A DNA stretch of 64,000 nucleotides from the NCBI GenBank assembly GCA_965197585.1, contig OZ240215.1, positions 2,624,001-2,688,000 on the forward strand, given 5' to 3'. The notes below the pieces were generated by a model. It had not been told where the DNA came from, ran no database searches, and worked only from the letters and a program-made list of their open reading frames with translations. The position numbers were made by a program, and so were the translations under genes. Positions within the stretch are counted from its first letter, which is position 1, and every line of letters starts with the position of its first letter. The stretch is from Dehalococcoidia bacterium. GTDB taxonomy: Bacteria > Chloroflexota > Dehalococcoidia > Plut-88900. Positions 26,328 to 36,385 of the stretch are shown piece by piece.

Positions 26328-28583
26328 TTGAAACGTGTATTTGAAAAACTCACCCGGTCCATCCCCCGAGCTGACAAGCAAAAGCCCGGCCTGGGCAAGC
26401 CATCGCCTGTGCACCCGCCCAAGCCACCCGTCCCCCTGCCGGCGTTCTACATGCTGTCCCACCTGGAGGAGGACGGGCCCGTTCGGCTGGACGGTGTCAA
26501 GCTGGGCGTCTGCGAGGTGATGGGCTTGGAACTGGACGAGCCGAGACTCGGCTCCTTCGCGGGGGCGCTGAACGCCCTGGACTTCCCGGTGCAACTACTC
26601 GTCAGGCAGCACCCGCCGGTGCTGGACAGCTTGAGGGAGACCCTCAGGAAGGCCCAGCCCGAAGACCTGCCGCCGAAGACCGAACAAGCCGCCGAGTCCC
26701 TCCGGGGTTTGCTCAGGGACCTCGAGACCCGGGAGGGGGTGCTGGACCGGCGGTTCTACGTAGTCTGCAAACACGACCGGGCCGACGACTTGGCATCCCT
26801 ACTCTCGCGGGTCGGCCTGAGCGTCCAACCCCTCAGTGGCCGGACCCTCAGGATGTTCATGCTGGCTTGTACCCTGGGCGGGTCGCCGCGGGACATAAAC
26901 GAGGACGAGCCGGTGGAGGTGGAGGTCAACCGCCGGGACCTGCGCATCGGCCCCGGGCTCACCCGCTCCCTCCACCTGAGCCGCTGGCCCCGCACCCTTG
27001 TTCCCGGGTTCCTCCAGGCCCTCATGAACTCGGGCATCACCATGGACATATCCGTCCACCTGGCCCCCATCACGGCAGACCAGGCGGCCCGCACACTGGA
27101 GTGGCAGAAGGTGCGCTTCGAATCGGCCCGCTCCATGTCCTTCCGCAAGGGCCGCAGCCTCTCCCCCGAGGCGGAGATAGCCCTGGAGGACGTCACCCGC
27201 CTCAGAGACGACGTTCAGCGGGGCCGGGAGCGTCTCTTCCACTCTTCCCTTTCCCTGACTCTTCATGCAGACGATCACAAGAGCTTGAAGGAGATGACCC
27301 AGAGGACCAGGGCCCACTTTGCCGCCACGTTGGGCAAGCTGGACGTCCTCCCCTTCCGCCAGAGGGAGGGGCTCCTGTCGACCCTGCCCCTGAATATCAA
27401 CTCCGTGGCCCTGTGGAGAACCCTGGACACCTCCTCCCTGGCGCGGCTGTTTCCCTTCTCTCCTCCCGACATGGACACCCGCAGCGGCACCCTCTATGGC
27501 CTGGACCTCAGGGCCCGGGCGCCCATCGTCTACGACCCCTGGGACGGCACACACCTGAACGCCAATACCGCTGTCCTGGCCCGCTCGGGCAGCGGAAAAT
27601 CCTTCGCCACCAAGCTGGGGGTGCTCCGCAGCCTCTGCCGGGGCATCACCGCCTACGTCATAGACCCCGAAGGAGAGTACGCCGACATGGCCAGGGCCGC
27701 GGGGGGCAGGGTGCTGTCGCCGGGCGTACCGGGCCAGGGGATGAACCCCTTCGTCATGGACCGGAGGGACTCGGAGGAGCTGCTGCAGCGCATCGGCAGC
27801 CTGAGGAGGCTGATAGAGGTCATGGTGGGGGAGAAGCTCGGCGCGGAGCGGCGTGCAGACCTGGACCACGCCCTGGCCGGCTACTACGCCGAGGCCAGGG
27901 AGCGCACCGGGTTCCGGGACTTCTACGGCTACCTGCAGAGCGGGGAGAACGACGAGGCCGATCTCGATTCGGGGCAGGCCCTGGCCAGGCTGCTGAGGCC
28001 CTTCGCCACGGGTAGCCTCCGCCATCTCCTGTCCGATGAGGGCGACGACCTGCTCCACAACGAGGCCCTCGTCACTGTATTCGACCTGAGGTTGCTGGAG
28101 CCGGAGCTGAGGCCCGCCGCCGCCATGGTCTGCACCGAGACGGTGTGGGCGTCCGCCGCACGGGACCCCAAGCCGAGGCTGCTGGTGGTGGACGAGGTGT
28201 GGAGCATCATGCAGCACCCCGAAGGAGCGGCCTTCATGGTCTCCATGGCCAAGAGGGCCCGCAAACACCGGCTCGGGTTGCAGTTCATCACCCAGGACGT
28301 CCAGGACCTGCTCAGCGAGGACACCTCCCGCACCATCACCGGCCACTCGGGACGGGCGCTATTGCAGAACGCCGCCTTCAAGCTGCTGCTCCAGCAGGAC
28401 GCCGCCGCCATCTCCACCGTGGGGGAGGCCTTCGACCTGCCCCAGGACCTGCAGAAATGGCTTCTGTCCTGTCCACGAGGTGACGGCCTCCTGCTGGCCA
28501 GGGGCAACCGGTTCCCGGTGCGCATCGAGGCCACGCCGGAGGAGACGGACATCATCGAGTGGAGGCCAGGACGCCACAGGTAG
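26328..28583 (+). CDS. virB4: VirB4-like conjugative ATPase
   Basis: ARSGSGKSF, IDPEGEY, MNPF, VVDEVW, KRARKH, ITQD. Confidence 0.92.
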   Translation: MKRVFEKLTRSIPRADKQKPGLGKPSPVHPPKPPVPLPAFYMLSHLEEDGPVRLDGVKLGVCEVMGLELDEPRLGSFAGALNALDFPVQLLVRQHPPVLDSLRETLRKAQPEDLPPKTEQAAESLRGLLRDLETREGVLDRRFYVVCKHDRADDLASLLSRVGLSVQPLSGRTLRMFMLACTLGGSPRDINEDEPVEVEVNRRDLRIGPGLTRSLHLSRWPRTLVPGFLQALMNSGITMDISVHLAPITADQAARTLEWQKVRFESARSMSFRKGRSLSPEAEIALEDVTRLRDDVQRGRERLFHSSLSLTLHADDHKSLKEMTQRTRAHFAATLGKLDVLPFRQREGLLSTLPLNINSVALWRTLDTSSLARLFPFSPPDMDTRSGTLYGLDLRARAPIVYDPWDGTHLNANTAVLARSGSGKSFATKLGVLRSLCRGITAYVIDPEGEYADMARAAGGRVLSPGVPGQGMNPFVMDRRDSEELLQRIGSLRRLIEVMVGEKLGAERRADLDHALAGYYAEARERTGFRDFYGYLQSGENDEADLDSGQALARLLRPFATGSLRHLLSDEGDDLLHNEALVTVFDLRLLEPELRPAAAMVCTETVWASAARDPKPRLLVVDEVWSIMQHPEGAAFMVSMAKRARKHRLGLQFITQDVQDLLSEDTSRTITGHSGRALLQNAAFKLLLQQDAAAISTVGEAFDLPQDLQKWLLSCPRGDGLLLARGNRFPVRIEATPEETDIIEWRPGRHR

Positions 28584-28630
28584 AGCGAGGTCGTTTAGAC
28601 ACAGTTCTCAAGAGAAGAGGGGAAGACATA

Positions 28631-31210
28631 ATGAGATTGAACCCGTTGAAAATACTGTCCAACAAGTCGCGTTCCAAGCCGCCGGTGCTGCTGGCGGTGA
28701 CGCCTCCCCGCACCGGGGAGCGCACCCTGCTGGGGGTGGAGAACATGCTCTCCTCCATTGCCGTCCCCGAGCCCTTCTCCCTGGAGTTGGCCGGGGACGC
28801 CCACGGGGTCACCCTCATGGCCCGCTGCCTCGACGGCAAGGTGGTCCGCGGGCAGATCGCCGCCCACTATCCCCAGGCCCTCATCCACGAAGTTCCCCGG
28901 GAGGATGACCCGCTGCACCTGAAGGAGGGAGAACAGGCCTGGGGCCTGACCCTGCGGTCCTCGGGCCCCGAGCACGTCCCGTTGCGGGTCTTCCGGGACG
29001 ACGACCTCCTGGACCCCGGCTCCGACCCCCTCATCGCCCTGCTGGGTGCAATGACCAATCTAAACGATGACGAACGGGTGGTCTCCCGCCTCCTGCTCCG
29101 CTCCCTGGGCCCCGACTGGTCGCGGCACCACATGGAGTTGGCTCACGGCAGGCCCGGGCCTGTCCCACAAACTCCTCAGACCGGGGCCCAGCAGACCAAT
29201 GGCAAGGCCATGGCCGCCCTGGGCATCGGTGCTCTTGCCGCCTTCCAGGGCTACACCTGGGTGCAGACCGGAGAGGCGTGGAAGACCGTGCTGTTGGGCC
29301 TGGGCATTGCTCTCGCCCTGGCTGCGGGCGGCTGGGCCTGGCACCGTTGGAAGGCTTCCCGGTCCCGCGTCCACGACCCCCTGCTCATCAGGGAGAAGGT
29401 ATCCCGAATCGCCTTCGACGCCGAGATACAGGTGGTTGCCGTCCTTCCCCGGGAGGGCCGTATCCAGCGGGCCGGTGAGCTGCTGGAGCCGGTGGCCGCC
29501 GCCTACCGGCACTACGACAACCCCGGCGGAGCCCGCCTCAGGGTGAGCAGGGTGAGACCCGTGCTGCCCGACCCGTCTATGATGCAGCCCTCGGGCCCCG
29601 GACTGTTCGGCGCCCGGAGCGTTATCGGCGTTCGCGAAGCCGCCTGCCTGTGGCACCCGCCGGGGGCGCGGGACGAGACGCCCCTGGTGGCCAGGGCGGG
29701 GGCGAAAGTGCTGCTTCCAACTTCGCGAAACGTGAGGGCAGGCGCCCACGTCGGCGACACCGTGACCGGTGCCCCCCGGAAGATCCACTTCCCCGACGAC
29801 CTTCTGAGGAGACACCACCTCTACGTGGCCCGCACCCGCATGGGAAAGTCCACCCTCATGCACCACATCGTCTGCCACAAGATGCGCGAAAAGGCCCAGG
29901 GCAGGGACGGAGACGCCATCGTCGTCGTCGACCCCCACGCCGACCTGGTGGGCGGCCTGCTGGAGCACGTACCCGAGAACCTGGTGGACCGAGTGAGGCT
30001 CATCGACCTGGCGGACGAGCGGGGAGCGCCCGGGATCAACCTGCTGGACACCCGCGTCTTCGCCGACCGGGACCGCACCGCCGACTCTGTGGTGCGCGTG
30101 GCGAAGGGGCTGTGGCAGCAGTGGGGGCCGAGGATGCAGTCCATCCTGGAGCAGACCGTCAAGAGTCTCCACGAGGCCAACGAGCGGACCGACGCCGATG
30201 AGCAGTACACCATCCTCGACGGGCTCAAGCTGCTGTCCGACCAGGAATTCCGCAGCAAGGTCTTGGCCAAGGTGGACGACCCCTACCTTATGGAGTGGTG
30301 GGGCAGGGACTTCGGCAAGTGGCGGCACGAGACCCGGGCCGACGCCCTGGCCCCCGTCCAGACCCGTCTCTCCTACTACGCATCCTCCAAGCGGGCACGG
30401 GCCGTCCTCGGCCAGTCCCGCTCCACCGTCGACCTGCGCCGGACGATCCATGATGGCGGCATCCTGCTGGTCTCCACCGCCCAGGGAAGCGTCGGCAGGG
30501 ACGTTGCCGCCCTGGTCGGCGCCTCCCTGCTCAACCTTGTGGACGCCGTTATACGGGAGCAGGGCGGGCTGCCCTTCGAGAAGCGGCGGGGCGCTCTCGT
30601 GGTGGTGGACGAGATGCAGTCGATGCCGGGGGTGGACTACGAGTCGATGCTGTCGGAGCTGGGCAAGTTCGGCGCCTCCTTCATCCTCGCCACCCAGAGC
30701 CTCGCCAAGCTCGACGACCTCTCCCGCACCATGTGCGACACCATTCTCGCCAACGTGGGCTGCCTGGCCGTCTTCCAGGTGTCCGGGTCGGATGCCCGCC
30801 ACCTGGTCTGGGAGCTGGGCAAGGAGCGGGTTACCGAGGACGACATCACGTCGCTGCCGGTGCACCAGTGCTACGTCAGGGCCACCGTGGGAACGGAGCG
30901 GATGGACGCGTTCTCGATGAAGGTCAGGAAGCCTGAGCCGGGAGACGCCGCCGTCGCCGGGCGCATCCGTACCGAGGCGGAGAGCTACATCACGACGGCC
31001 AGCGACATGGCCGAGAGGGAGGCGGGGCTGCAGGACCTGGTGGAGAAGTACCGGCGGGAGCTGGAGGAGTTGAGGAACGGCCAGGAAACCGAGGTGGTGG
31101 GCGGGGCCGGGCAGTCCCAGGATGCGGCGCGACGCAAGCAGCGGACCAAGCGCGACCAGGGCCCCGGGGCCGAGCCGTCGCTCGAACCGGTAGAGGAGCG
31201 TGAAGAATGA
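28631..31210 (+). CDS. virD4: Type IV coupling protein (VirD4/TraD-like)
   Basis: Two TMs, then RHHLYVARTRMGKSTL, VDPHADL, VVDEMQ, LATQSL. Confidence 0.88.
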   Translation: MRLNPLKILSNKSRSKPPVLLAVTPPRTGERTLLGVENMLSSIAVPEPFSLELAGDAHGVTLMARCLDGKVVRGQIAAHYPQALIHEVPREDDPLHLKEGEQAWGLTLRSSGPEHVPLRVFRDDDLLDPGSDPLIALLGAMTNLNDDERVVSRLLLRSLGPDWSRHHMELAHGRPGPVPQTPQTGAQQTNGKAMAALGIGALAAFQGYTWVQTGEAWKTVLLGLGIALALAAGGWAWHRWKASRSRVHDPLLIREKVSRIAFDAEIQVVAVLPREGRIQRAGELLEPVAAAYRHYDNPGGARLRVSRVRPVLPDPSMMQPSGPGLFGARSVIGVREAACLWHPPGARDETPLVARAGAKVLLPTSRNVRAGAHVGDTVTGAPRKIHFPDDLLRRHHLYVARTRMGKSTLMHHIVCHKMREKAQGRDGDAIVVVDPHADLVGGLLEHVPENLVDRVRLIDLADERGAPGINLLDTRVFADRDRTADSVVRVAKGLWQQWGPRMQSILEQTVKSLHEANERTDADEQYTILDGLKLLSDQEFRSKVLAKVDDPYLMEWWGRDFGKWRHETRADALAPVQTRLSYYASSKRARAVLGQSRSTVDLRRTIHDGGILLVSTAQGSVGRDVAALVGASLLNLVDAVIREQGGLPFEKRRGALVVVDEMQSMPGVDYESMLSELGKFGASFILATQSLAKLDDLSRTMCDTILANVGCLAVFQVSGSDARHLVWELGKERVTEDDITSLPVHQCYVRATVGTERMDAFSMKVRKPEPGDAAVAGRIRTEAESYITTASDMAEREAGLQDLVEKYRRELEELRNGQETEVVGGAGQSQDAARRKQRTKRDQGPGAEPSLEPVEEREE

Positions 31211-32886
31211 GACCCGTGGACGGGGAGATGCTGCGGCTGATGGCCGACATGCCCTTCCTCGACCGGCTGGAGGCGGTTGCCGTCTCCGGCTGGTCCAGGG
31301 GTGCGGTCTACGAGGCCGTCCACGGGTTGGAGGACGCGGGATTCATCGCCTCCGTCCCCCACGGGACCGAGCTGGTCCCCCCGACCCGCCGGTTCCACCT
31401 CACCACCGCCGGGCTGCGGTACATTGCGAAGGACGGGAATACGGCCCTGGAGGACCTGCTACGCGACCGGCCCGTCTCGGCCCGGTGGCGGCGCGTCCTG
31501 CTGGAACGGCTCGACGCCGTGGCCGTCATCTACCGCCTCGCCTCAACCATATCGAACATTGCCTATCCCATTCGCTTTCGATGGTACCGCGCCATGCCGA
31601 TGGACGCCGCCATAACCCTTCCCGGAGACAGCACCGTCGGCATCGTCCGGCAGGGAGCCGCCACCGACAGGACCGGGTTCTCCAAGCGGCTCTGGCGGCT
31701 CAGGCAGGGGCCGCTCCCCGGGGTAGTCCTTCTTCTCATGCCCGACGAGGTGCGGTTGCGCCACGCCCGAAGGCTTCTCTCCCACTCCCGCGTTGCAGCA
31801 CTCTTCGCGCTGGAGAGCGAGGCGGCGTCCGCCGCCACCGGCGACCCCGTGTGGCGGTTGGGCTCCGTCAATGCTCCCGTTAGCCTGCGGGATGCAATCG
31901 ACCGGTTGGAGCGCAGGGGTGCTCTCCCCGCGGAGCGGCCTCTGGTGCGGGGGGCCTCCTTGCCCCCGGACATCGACCATCAAGCCCCGGGTGGGGACGT
32001 TCCCGACCACCTGCTGCCCGCCCTGCTGAGGCCCGCCGAGAAGCGCGCCCTCGACCTGCTCTCCGACTGGCCCTGGCTCAGCATGGGAGACCTGGCCGGG
32101 CTGCTGGGGGTCTCCCGCCCGCGGGCCTCCCAGGTCAGCGCCGCCCTGGAGGGGTTCGGGCTTCTCATCCGCACTCCCGCCTCGGGCCGCCGTCTCGCAC
32201 TCACCGATACGGGACTGGCTATGCTGGCCCGCAGGGACCGCGCCGCTGTCGGCGGGGCCAGGAAGCGGTGGAGCGCCGCTCCGCAGGACGCCGGAGACTG
32301 GCGCAAAGTCTCCGGCAGGCACAGCCGCCAGCTCCTGCGCAATATGGAACACACGGCGGCAGTCCACGCCTTCATGGCGGCACTGGCCCGCCAGTCCCGT
32401 GACCTCGGTTGGCAGATCGCCCAGCTCGACCCGCCCCGCAGGGCCTCCCGCTACTTCCGGCACCTCGGCGGCATGCGCTCGATACACCCGGACGCCTTCG
32501 GTCTCCTGCGGCGGAGCGATGCGGCCTGGACCTTCTTCCTGGAGTGGGAGCGCCGGGCCGTACGGCCCGTCACCATGGCGGCACGCCTTGCCCCATACCT
32601 GCGCTACTACTCAACACACCGGCCCACCGACGACCACGGTGCAAGGCCCGCCGTCCTCGTGGTCTTCCACGAGGAGCTGGCGGCCACCCACTTCCTGCGC
32701 GTTGCGCTCGAGGAGATGGTCAGGACGAAGACCGTCCTTCCCCTCCTGGTCTCCCACCGGGGACTCCTGGAGCGGGAGGGCCCGCTGGGACGAGCATGGC
32801 TCGCCCCGGGCGGCGGCTGGGGGCCGGAATTCCCGATGCCGCAGCCCGCCGCAATCCAGTCCGGGACGGGAGACCGCAAGTCGTGA
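31207..32886 (+). CDS. Replication-relaxation (Replic_Relax)-family relaxase, internally duplicated
   Basis: wHTH, then EHTAAVH, HPDAFGLL, FFLEWER, RLAPYLRYY in the C-half; coupled (ATGA) to the coupling protein. Confidence 0.75.
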   Translation: MRPVDGEMLRLMADMPFLDRLEAVAVSGWSRGAVYEAVHGLEDAGFIASVPHGTELVPPTRRFHLTTAGLRYIAKDGNTALEDLLRDRPVSARWRRVLLERLDAVAVIYRLASTISNIAYPIRFRWYRAMPMDAAITLPGDSTVGIVRQGAATDRTGFSKRLWRLRQGPLPGVVLLLMPDEVRLRHARRLLSHSRVAALFALESEAASAATGDPVWRLGSVNAPVSLRDAIDRLERRGALPAERPLVRGASLPPDIDHQAPGGDVPDHLLPALLRPAEKRALDLLSDWPWLSMGDLAGLLGVSRPRASQVSAALEGFGLLIRTPASGRRLALTDTGLAMLARRDRAAVGGARKRWSAAPQDAGDWRKVSGRHSRQLLRNMEHTAAVHAFMAALARQSRDLGWQIAQLDPPRRASRYFRHLGGMRSIHPDAFGLLRRSDAAWTFFLEWERRAVRPVTMAARLAPYLRYYSTHRPTDDHGARPAVLVVFHEELAATHFLRVALEEMVRTKTVLPLLVSHRGLLEREGPLGRAWLAPGGGWGPEFPMPQPAAIQSGTGDRKS

Positions 32887-33641
32887 GGCTCTACTACATA
32901 GCAGAGTCCGAGGGCCCTCGCTGTTACGTCCGAACCGCCCTGGGCGTGGACGCCGATCGCTGGAACGACCTCCAACGCCGCGTATACGAATGGCGGTTAG
33001 AACTGCATTACAGCTATGCATTCCCCATTGACGGGGAGCTTCGCACCTGCGACCTTCTGGGCGGTCGAGGCCAGCAGGCCCGCATCGGCGACGCCGACCG
33101 CAGGCTCGGACCTAGGCCGATGTCTGAAATCTTCACCGGCGGGCTGCGTGTCATCGAGGACGCCGCCCGCACCATAGGCGGCGTCGAAGTCATCAACGTC
33201 TGCCTCCGTAAGCCCGACGTGAAGGGCTACGAGCGGGTCAGTCTCGACCGGCTCTTCAACCGCATCAACACTTCGGTCGCATCGGCGGCCTGCCACGCCT
33301 TCCTCATCTTCGACGAAGGCCGGGAGGAGATGATAACCTGCCTCTACCGCAGGCTCAGGAGCCGCAACGCCGTACCCAGCAGGTACGAGGCGTGGGAGGA
33401 CGGCGAGCGTACGAAGGACATACCCATAGAGAGAGTCATCGGAGACCCCGCCTTCCGAAGCTCCCACTCAGACTATTTGCTCCAGATTGCCGAACTCATT
33501 GCCCACGCCCTCCTCATGCAGGAGGATGGGTCTTCGCCCAGGGTGGAGTGCCTGGGCATCGACCAGGCATTGGGAATCCTCGACCGCGCCCTCAATCGGC
33601 GGGCGTCGCGGCCAGACCCTCAGGGTGTCGTAAGGAGATGA
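32883..33641 (+). CDS. DUF3800-like protein with altered acidic residues
   Basis: GTG overlapping relaxase stop; YYIAESE, LIFDEG, FRSSHSDYLLQIAELIA resemble the DUF3800 DES/DE/QxAD motifs. Confidence 0.65.
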   Translation: MRLYYIAESEGPRCYVRTALGVDADRWNDLQRRVYEWRLELHYSYAFPIDGELRTCDLLGGRGQQARIGDADRRLGPRPMSEIFTGGLRVIEDAARTIGGVEVINVCLRKPDVKGYERVSLDRLFNRINTSVASAACHAFLIFDEGREEMITCLYRRLRSRNAVPSRYEAWEDGERTKDIPIERVIGDPAFRSSHSDYLLQIAELIAHALLMQEDGSSPRVECLGIDQALGILDRALNRRASRPDPQGVVRR

Positions 33642-33698
33642 AAGAGGGGGAGGGCACTTACCTATACAGTAACTACTATTAGTAGACTGCCAAAAGAG

Positions 33699-33728
33699 TT
33701 GCCCAGTATATACCCTGCGTATATACTG
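33699..33728 (+). promoter_or_regulatory. Sigma70-like promoter overlapped by a 10-bp inverted repeat
   Basis: TTGCCC (33699-33704), 17 bp, TATACT (33722-33727); CAGTATATAC-cctgc-GTATATACTG at 33704-33728. Confidence 0.7.
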
Positions 33729-33770
33729 AAAGGTAAGCTTAGCAGGTGGTATACGTTGGAAGATACAATC

Positions 33771-33938
33771 ATGGAAAAACCTGGCGTGTTCCAGATCACG
33801 GCGTACCGGTGCCGCTGCGGGCACGAATGGGTTCCCAAGGCCCTCCGGCAAGTCGAGCGGCCCAGAGTATGCCCAAAATGCAAGAGCGCAAACTGGGATA
33901 AGCCGTACCAGTTTCGTAGGGCGAACCGACGGGAATAA
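33771..33938 (+). CDS. 55-aa zinc-ribbon protein
   Basis: YRCRCGHEWVPK..PRVCPKCKSANWDKP, basic; directly after the promoter above. Confidence 0.8.
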   Translation: MEKPGVFQITAYRCRCGHEWVPKALRQVERPRVCPKCKSANWDKPYQFRRANRRE

Positions 33939-34119
33939 CCTTTATCTCTCAAGGAAAACTCCAGTGCGTCATCACGGGCAGATTTCGCAACGATACACCT
34001 GAGGAAAATGTCCGAACCCATCTTGAGAGACCCCGGACACACGGGATGGTACAACTGCAGCTTCTGACGGCCGGAACTACACACAGCTGAGGGGAATAAC
34101 CCCAAGGAACTTTTCACCG

Positions 34120-35385
34120 ATGGCAGTTTCTCCAGAAACGGCATCCATCTCAAAATTCCCGGAAGGGTTCGACTACCACTCCGACCTGCGACAAGCCGCA
34201 ACAGCCCAAGACCTAAGAAAAGCTCCCCGGCACCGATGGTTTTACTTCCCCCACAGCTACTCTCCCCTACTGGTCTATAAAATACTGGAACAATGGGAAT
34301 TATCGGAGAACGCAACTCTTGCCGACAACTTTGTGGGGTCCGGAACAACCCTGGTGGTAGCTCGCGAAAGGGGCTTAAAGGCTATGGGTTACGATCTATC
34401 TCCCCTAGCAGTGATGGCAACCAATGCCAAAATAGCATCCTACAAACCAACACAACTGAAGTCCACACTGACCGAAATTCTGAAGGCTAAGGATTCCGAT
34501 GCAAATTTCGCAGATATCCCCAAAAGGCTCACGAGAGCATTCACTAAGATGGAACTGAATGAGATCTGCCAGATCGCCAACCGCATCAACCTGCTTTCCG
34601 GAAACCAGCACAATTTCTTTCTGACCTCATTGCTGTCCACAGCACGGCAATTCAGCCGTGCTGTACCGGATGGAGGATGGTTCAGATGGAAGGATTGGCC
34701 TGACCAAAGCAAAGAAATAAGATCAAACTTTCAATTAATTACCGCGGGGATGATAGATGACGTATCAGAAACAAGTTCAGGGACAAAATACAGATATCGA
34801 AAAGCTCGATTGGCAGACGCACGCAAATTACCGCTGAGCGGACAATCCATCGACGGGTTGATAACATCACCTCCATACGCGAATCGACACGACTACTCCC
34901 GGGTCTTTCACATCGAACTGCTCCTAATGGGATCGACGGAACCCGAAATCACGAGTCTCAGGCATAGCTCCCTCAGGTCTCACGTCGAGGCCAGACGCCA
35001 AGAGAGCTATACAAACCGTCTACGAAGATACAGCAAACCTCAGATACTCGACAATATCCTGACCTCACTTCCGGATGATTCAGATAAGAGAATCAGGCCG
35101 ATGCTGGAAGGTTACTTCGAGGACATATTTCTCTCACTTCAGGAAGTACACCGAGTTCTCAGAAACGGAGGGCGGGCTGCGTACATCGTAGGGAATGTGC
35201 GCCACTCGGGCATCATGGTTCCAGTCGACGAAATCATAGGGCAGATTGCCACCCAGACCGGGCTTACACTACAAGCCGCGTGGGTCATGCGACTCAGGGG
35301 GAACAGCGCCCAGCAGATGAGAGAGTTCGGACGTGAACCATCCCGAGAATCAATCCTGTTCTTGTCGAAGATATCCGATGCCTGA
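34120..35385 (+). CDS. DNA methyltransferase, alpha class, probably N4-cytosine
   Basis: HRWFYFPHSYS, motif I DNFVGSGTT, motif IV ITSPPY (SPPY is typical of m4C enzymes). Confidence 0.9.
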   Translation: MAVSPETASISKFPEGFDYHSDLRQAATAQDLRKAPRHRWFYFPHSYSPLLVYKILEQWELSENATLADNFVGSGTTLVVARERGLKAMGYDLSPLAVMATNAKIASYKPTQLKSTLTEILKAKDSDANFADIPKRLTRAFTKMELNEICQIANRINLLSGNQHNFFLTSLLSTARQFSRAVPDGGWFRWKDWPDQSKEIRSNFQLITAGMIDDVSETSSGTKYRYRKARLADARKLPLSGQSIDGLITSPPYANRHDYSRVFHIELLLMGSTEPEITSLRHSSLRSHVEARRQESYTNRLRRYSKPQILDNILTSLPDDSDKRIRPMLEGYFEDIFLSLQEVHRVLRNGGRAAYIVGNVRHSGIMVPVDEIIGQIATQTGLTLQAAWVMRLRGNSAQQMREFGREPSRESILFLSKISDA

Positions 35386-36385
35386 ATACTGGATGCGCTC
35401 GATTGACTTCGCAAAAGCAGCCAATCTATTAAGGCTGATCATAAACTCACCGGATAAATGGTCAGCGAGCGAACTCAACCGCGCTGGCATCGACTCAGGC
35501 ATATTCAAAACATCGGAAGGTAAACCATTCGGTCCAACAAGTTGCTACCGGTATCGCAGAATCCTCGAAAAACTAGATTTGGTAAAAAAAAGGAACCGGA
35601 GGTTTATAGCGAATCTGAATCCCGCCGAATGCGAGCAGATGCTTACACCCAACGACAGAGAGAACCTGAGTGAAGAGCAGAGAGTCGTACTCGGAAACCG
35701 GGTAGTCTGTAACCCGGATTGTTACCAAACGTTCTGGAGAGCGTTCATGCCGTCGAAGAAACCAAACTCACTCAACGAGTTTATCGACGACAGTAATCCA
35801 ATCACCATGAGTCCGATGATTGGACCCAAGAAAGCACGAAAACGCAGCTATGTTACTATCAAGCGTTGGGCCCATGCGGACATTCCCATGGAGCATAGAG
35901 GGTACAATGCAATCCAGGCAATCCACTTCGGCATGCGAAACTGGGGGGTTAACCAGTTAGGATTCCTAGACGAATTCTATCAAGTTGGACAGGGGTATCA
36001 CATAATTCCAGTCCGACCAAATCAACACGAAAACACAGAAACTATCGAGAGAGCGATAATTGAATCTCTCGAATTCCGCGATAATTGGGCTATGTCCAGC
36101 ATAAGTGAGCTCTTACTAAGAGTCTGTGCGAAACTGAAAATTCCAACAGTGGCAGTCCGTTCCGTTTTACGAAACTGGATAGGGACTTATCCCAACTTCG
36201 TAGCTCCAGTAACGGTGAGCAACCGGATGATTCTCTCTGCTCAACCGGAAAAAGTGATCCATCCGATCCTCAAAGGATTCCTAAGACTAAGCACGGGTGA
36301 ACACGTATCACATTTACAAATACACAACAATTTGAAAAGTAGACTCATCCCAACATTCCAAAAGGAGGCATCCATTGGATCCTAA
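35378..36385 (+). CDS. Hypothetical protein with probable winged-helix domains
   Basis: ATG overlaps MTase stop; N-terminal PTSCYRYRRILEKLDLVKKRNRRF wHTH-like segment; no nuclease motif recognised. Confidence 0.7.
   Translation: MPEYWMRSIDFAKAANLLRLIINSPDKWSASELNRAGIDSGIFKTSEGKPFGPTSCYRYRRILEKLDLVKKRNRRFIANLNPAECEQMLTPNDRENLSEEQRVVLGNRVVCNPDCYQTFWRAFMPSKKPNSLNEFIDDSNPITMSPMIGPKKARKRSYVTIKRWAHADIPMEHRGYNAIQAIHFGMRNWGVNQLGFLDEFYQVGQGYHIIPVRPNQHENTETIERAIIESLEFRDNWAMSSISELLLRVCAKLKIPTVAVRSVLRNWIGTYPNFVAPVTVSNRMILSAQPEKVIHPILKGFLRLSTGEHVSHLQIHNNLKSRLIPTFQKEASIGS

Noticed and set aside
26799-30865. Long minus-strand ORFs (515 and 601 aa)
   Set aside because: Antisense shadows of VirB4 and VirD4.
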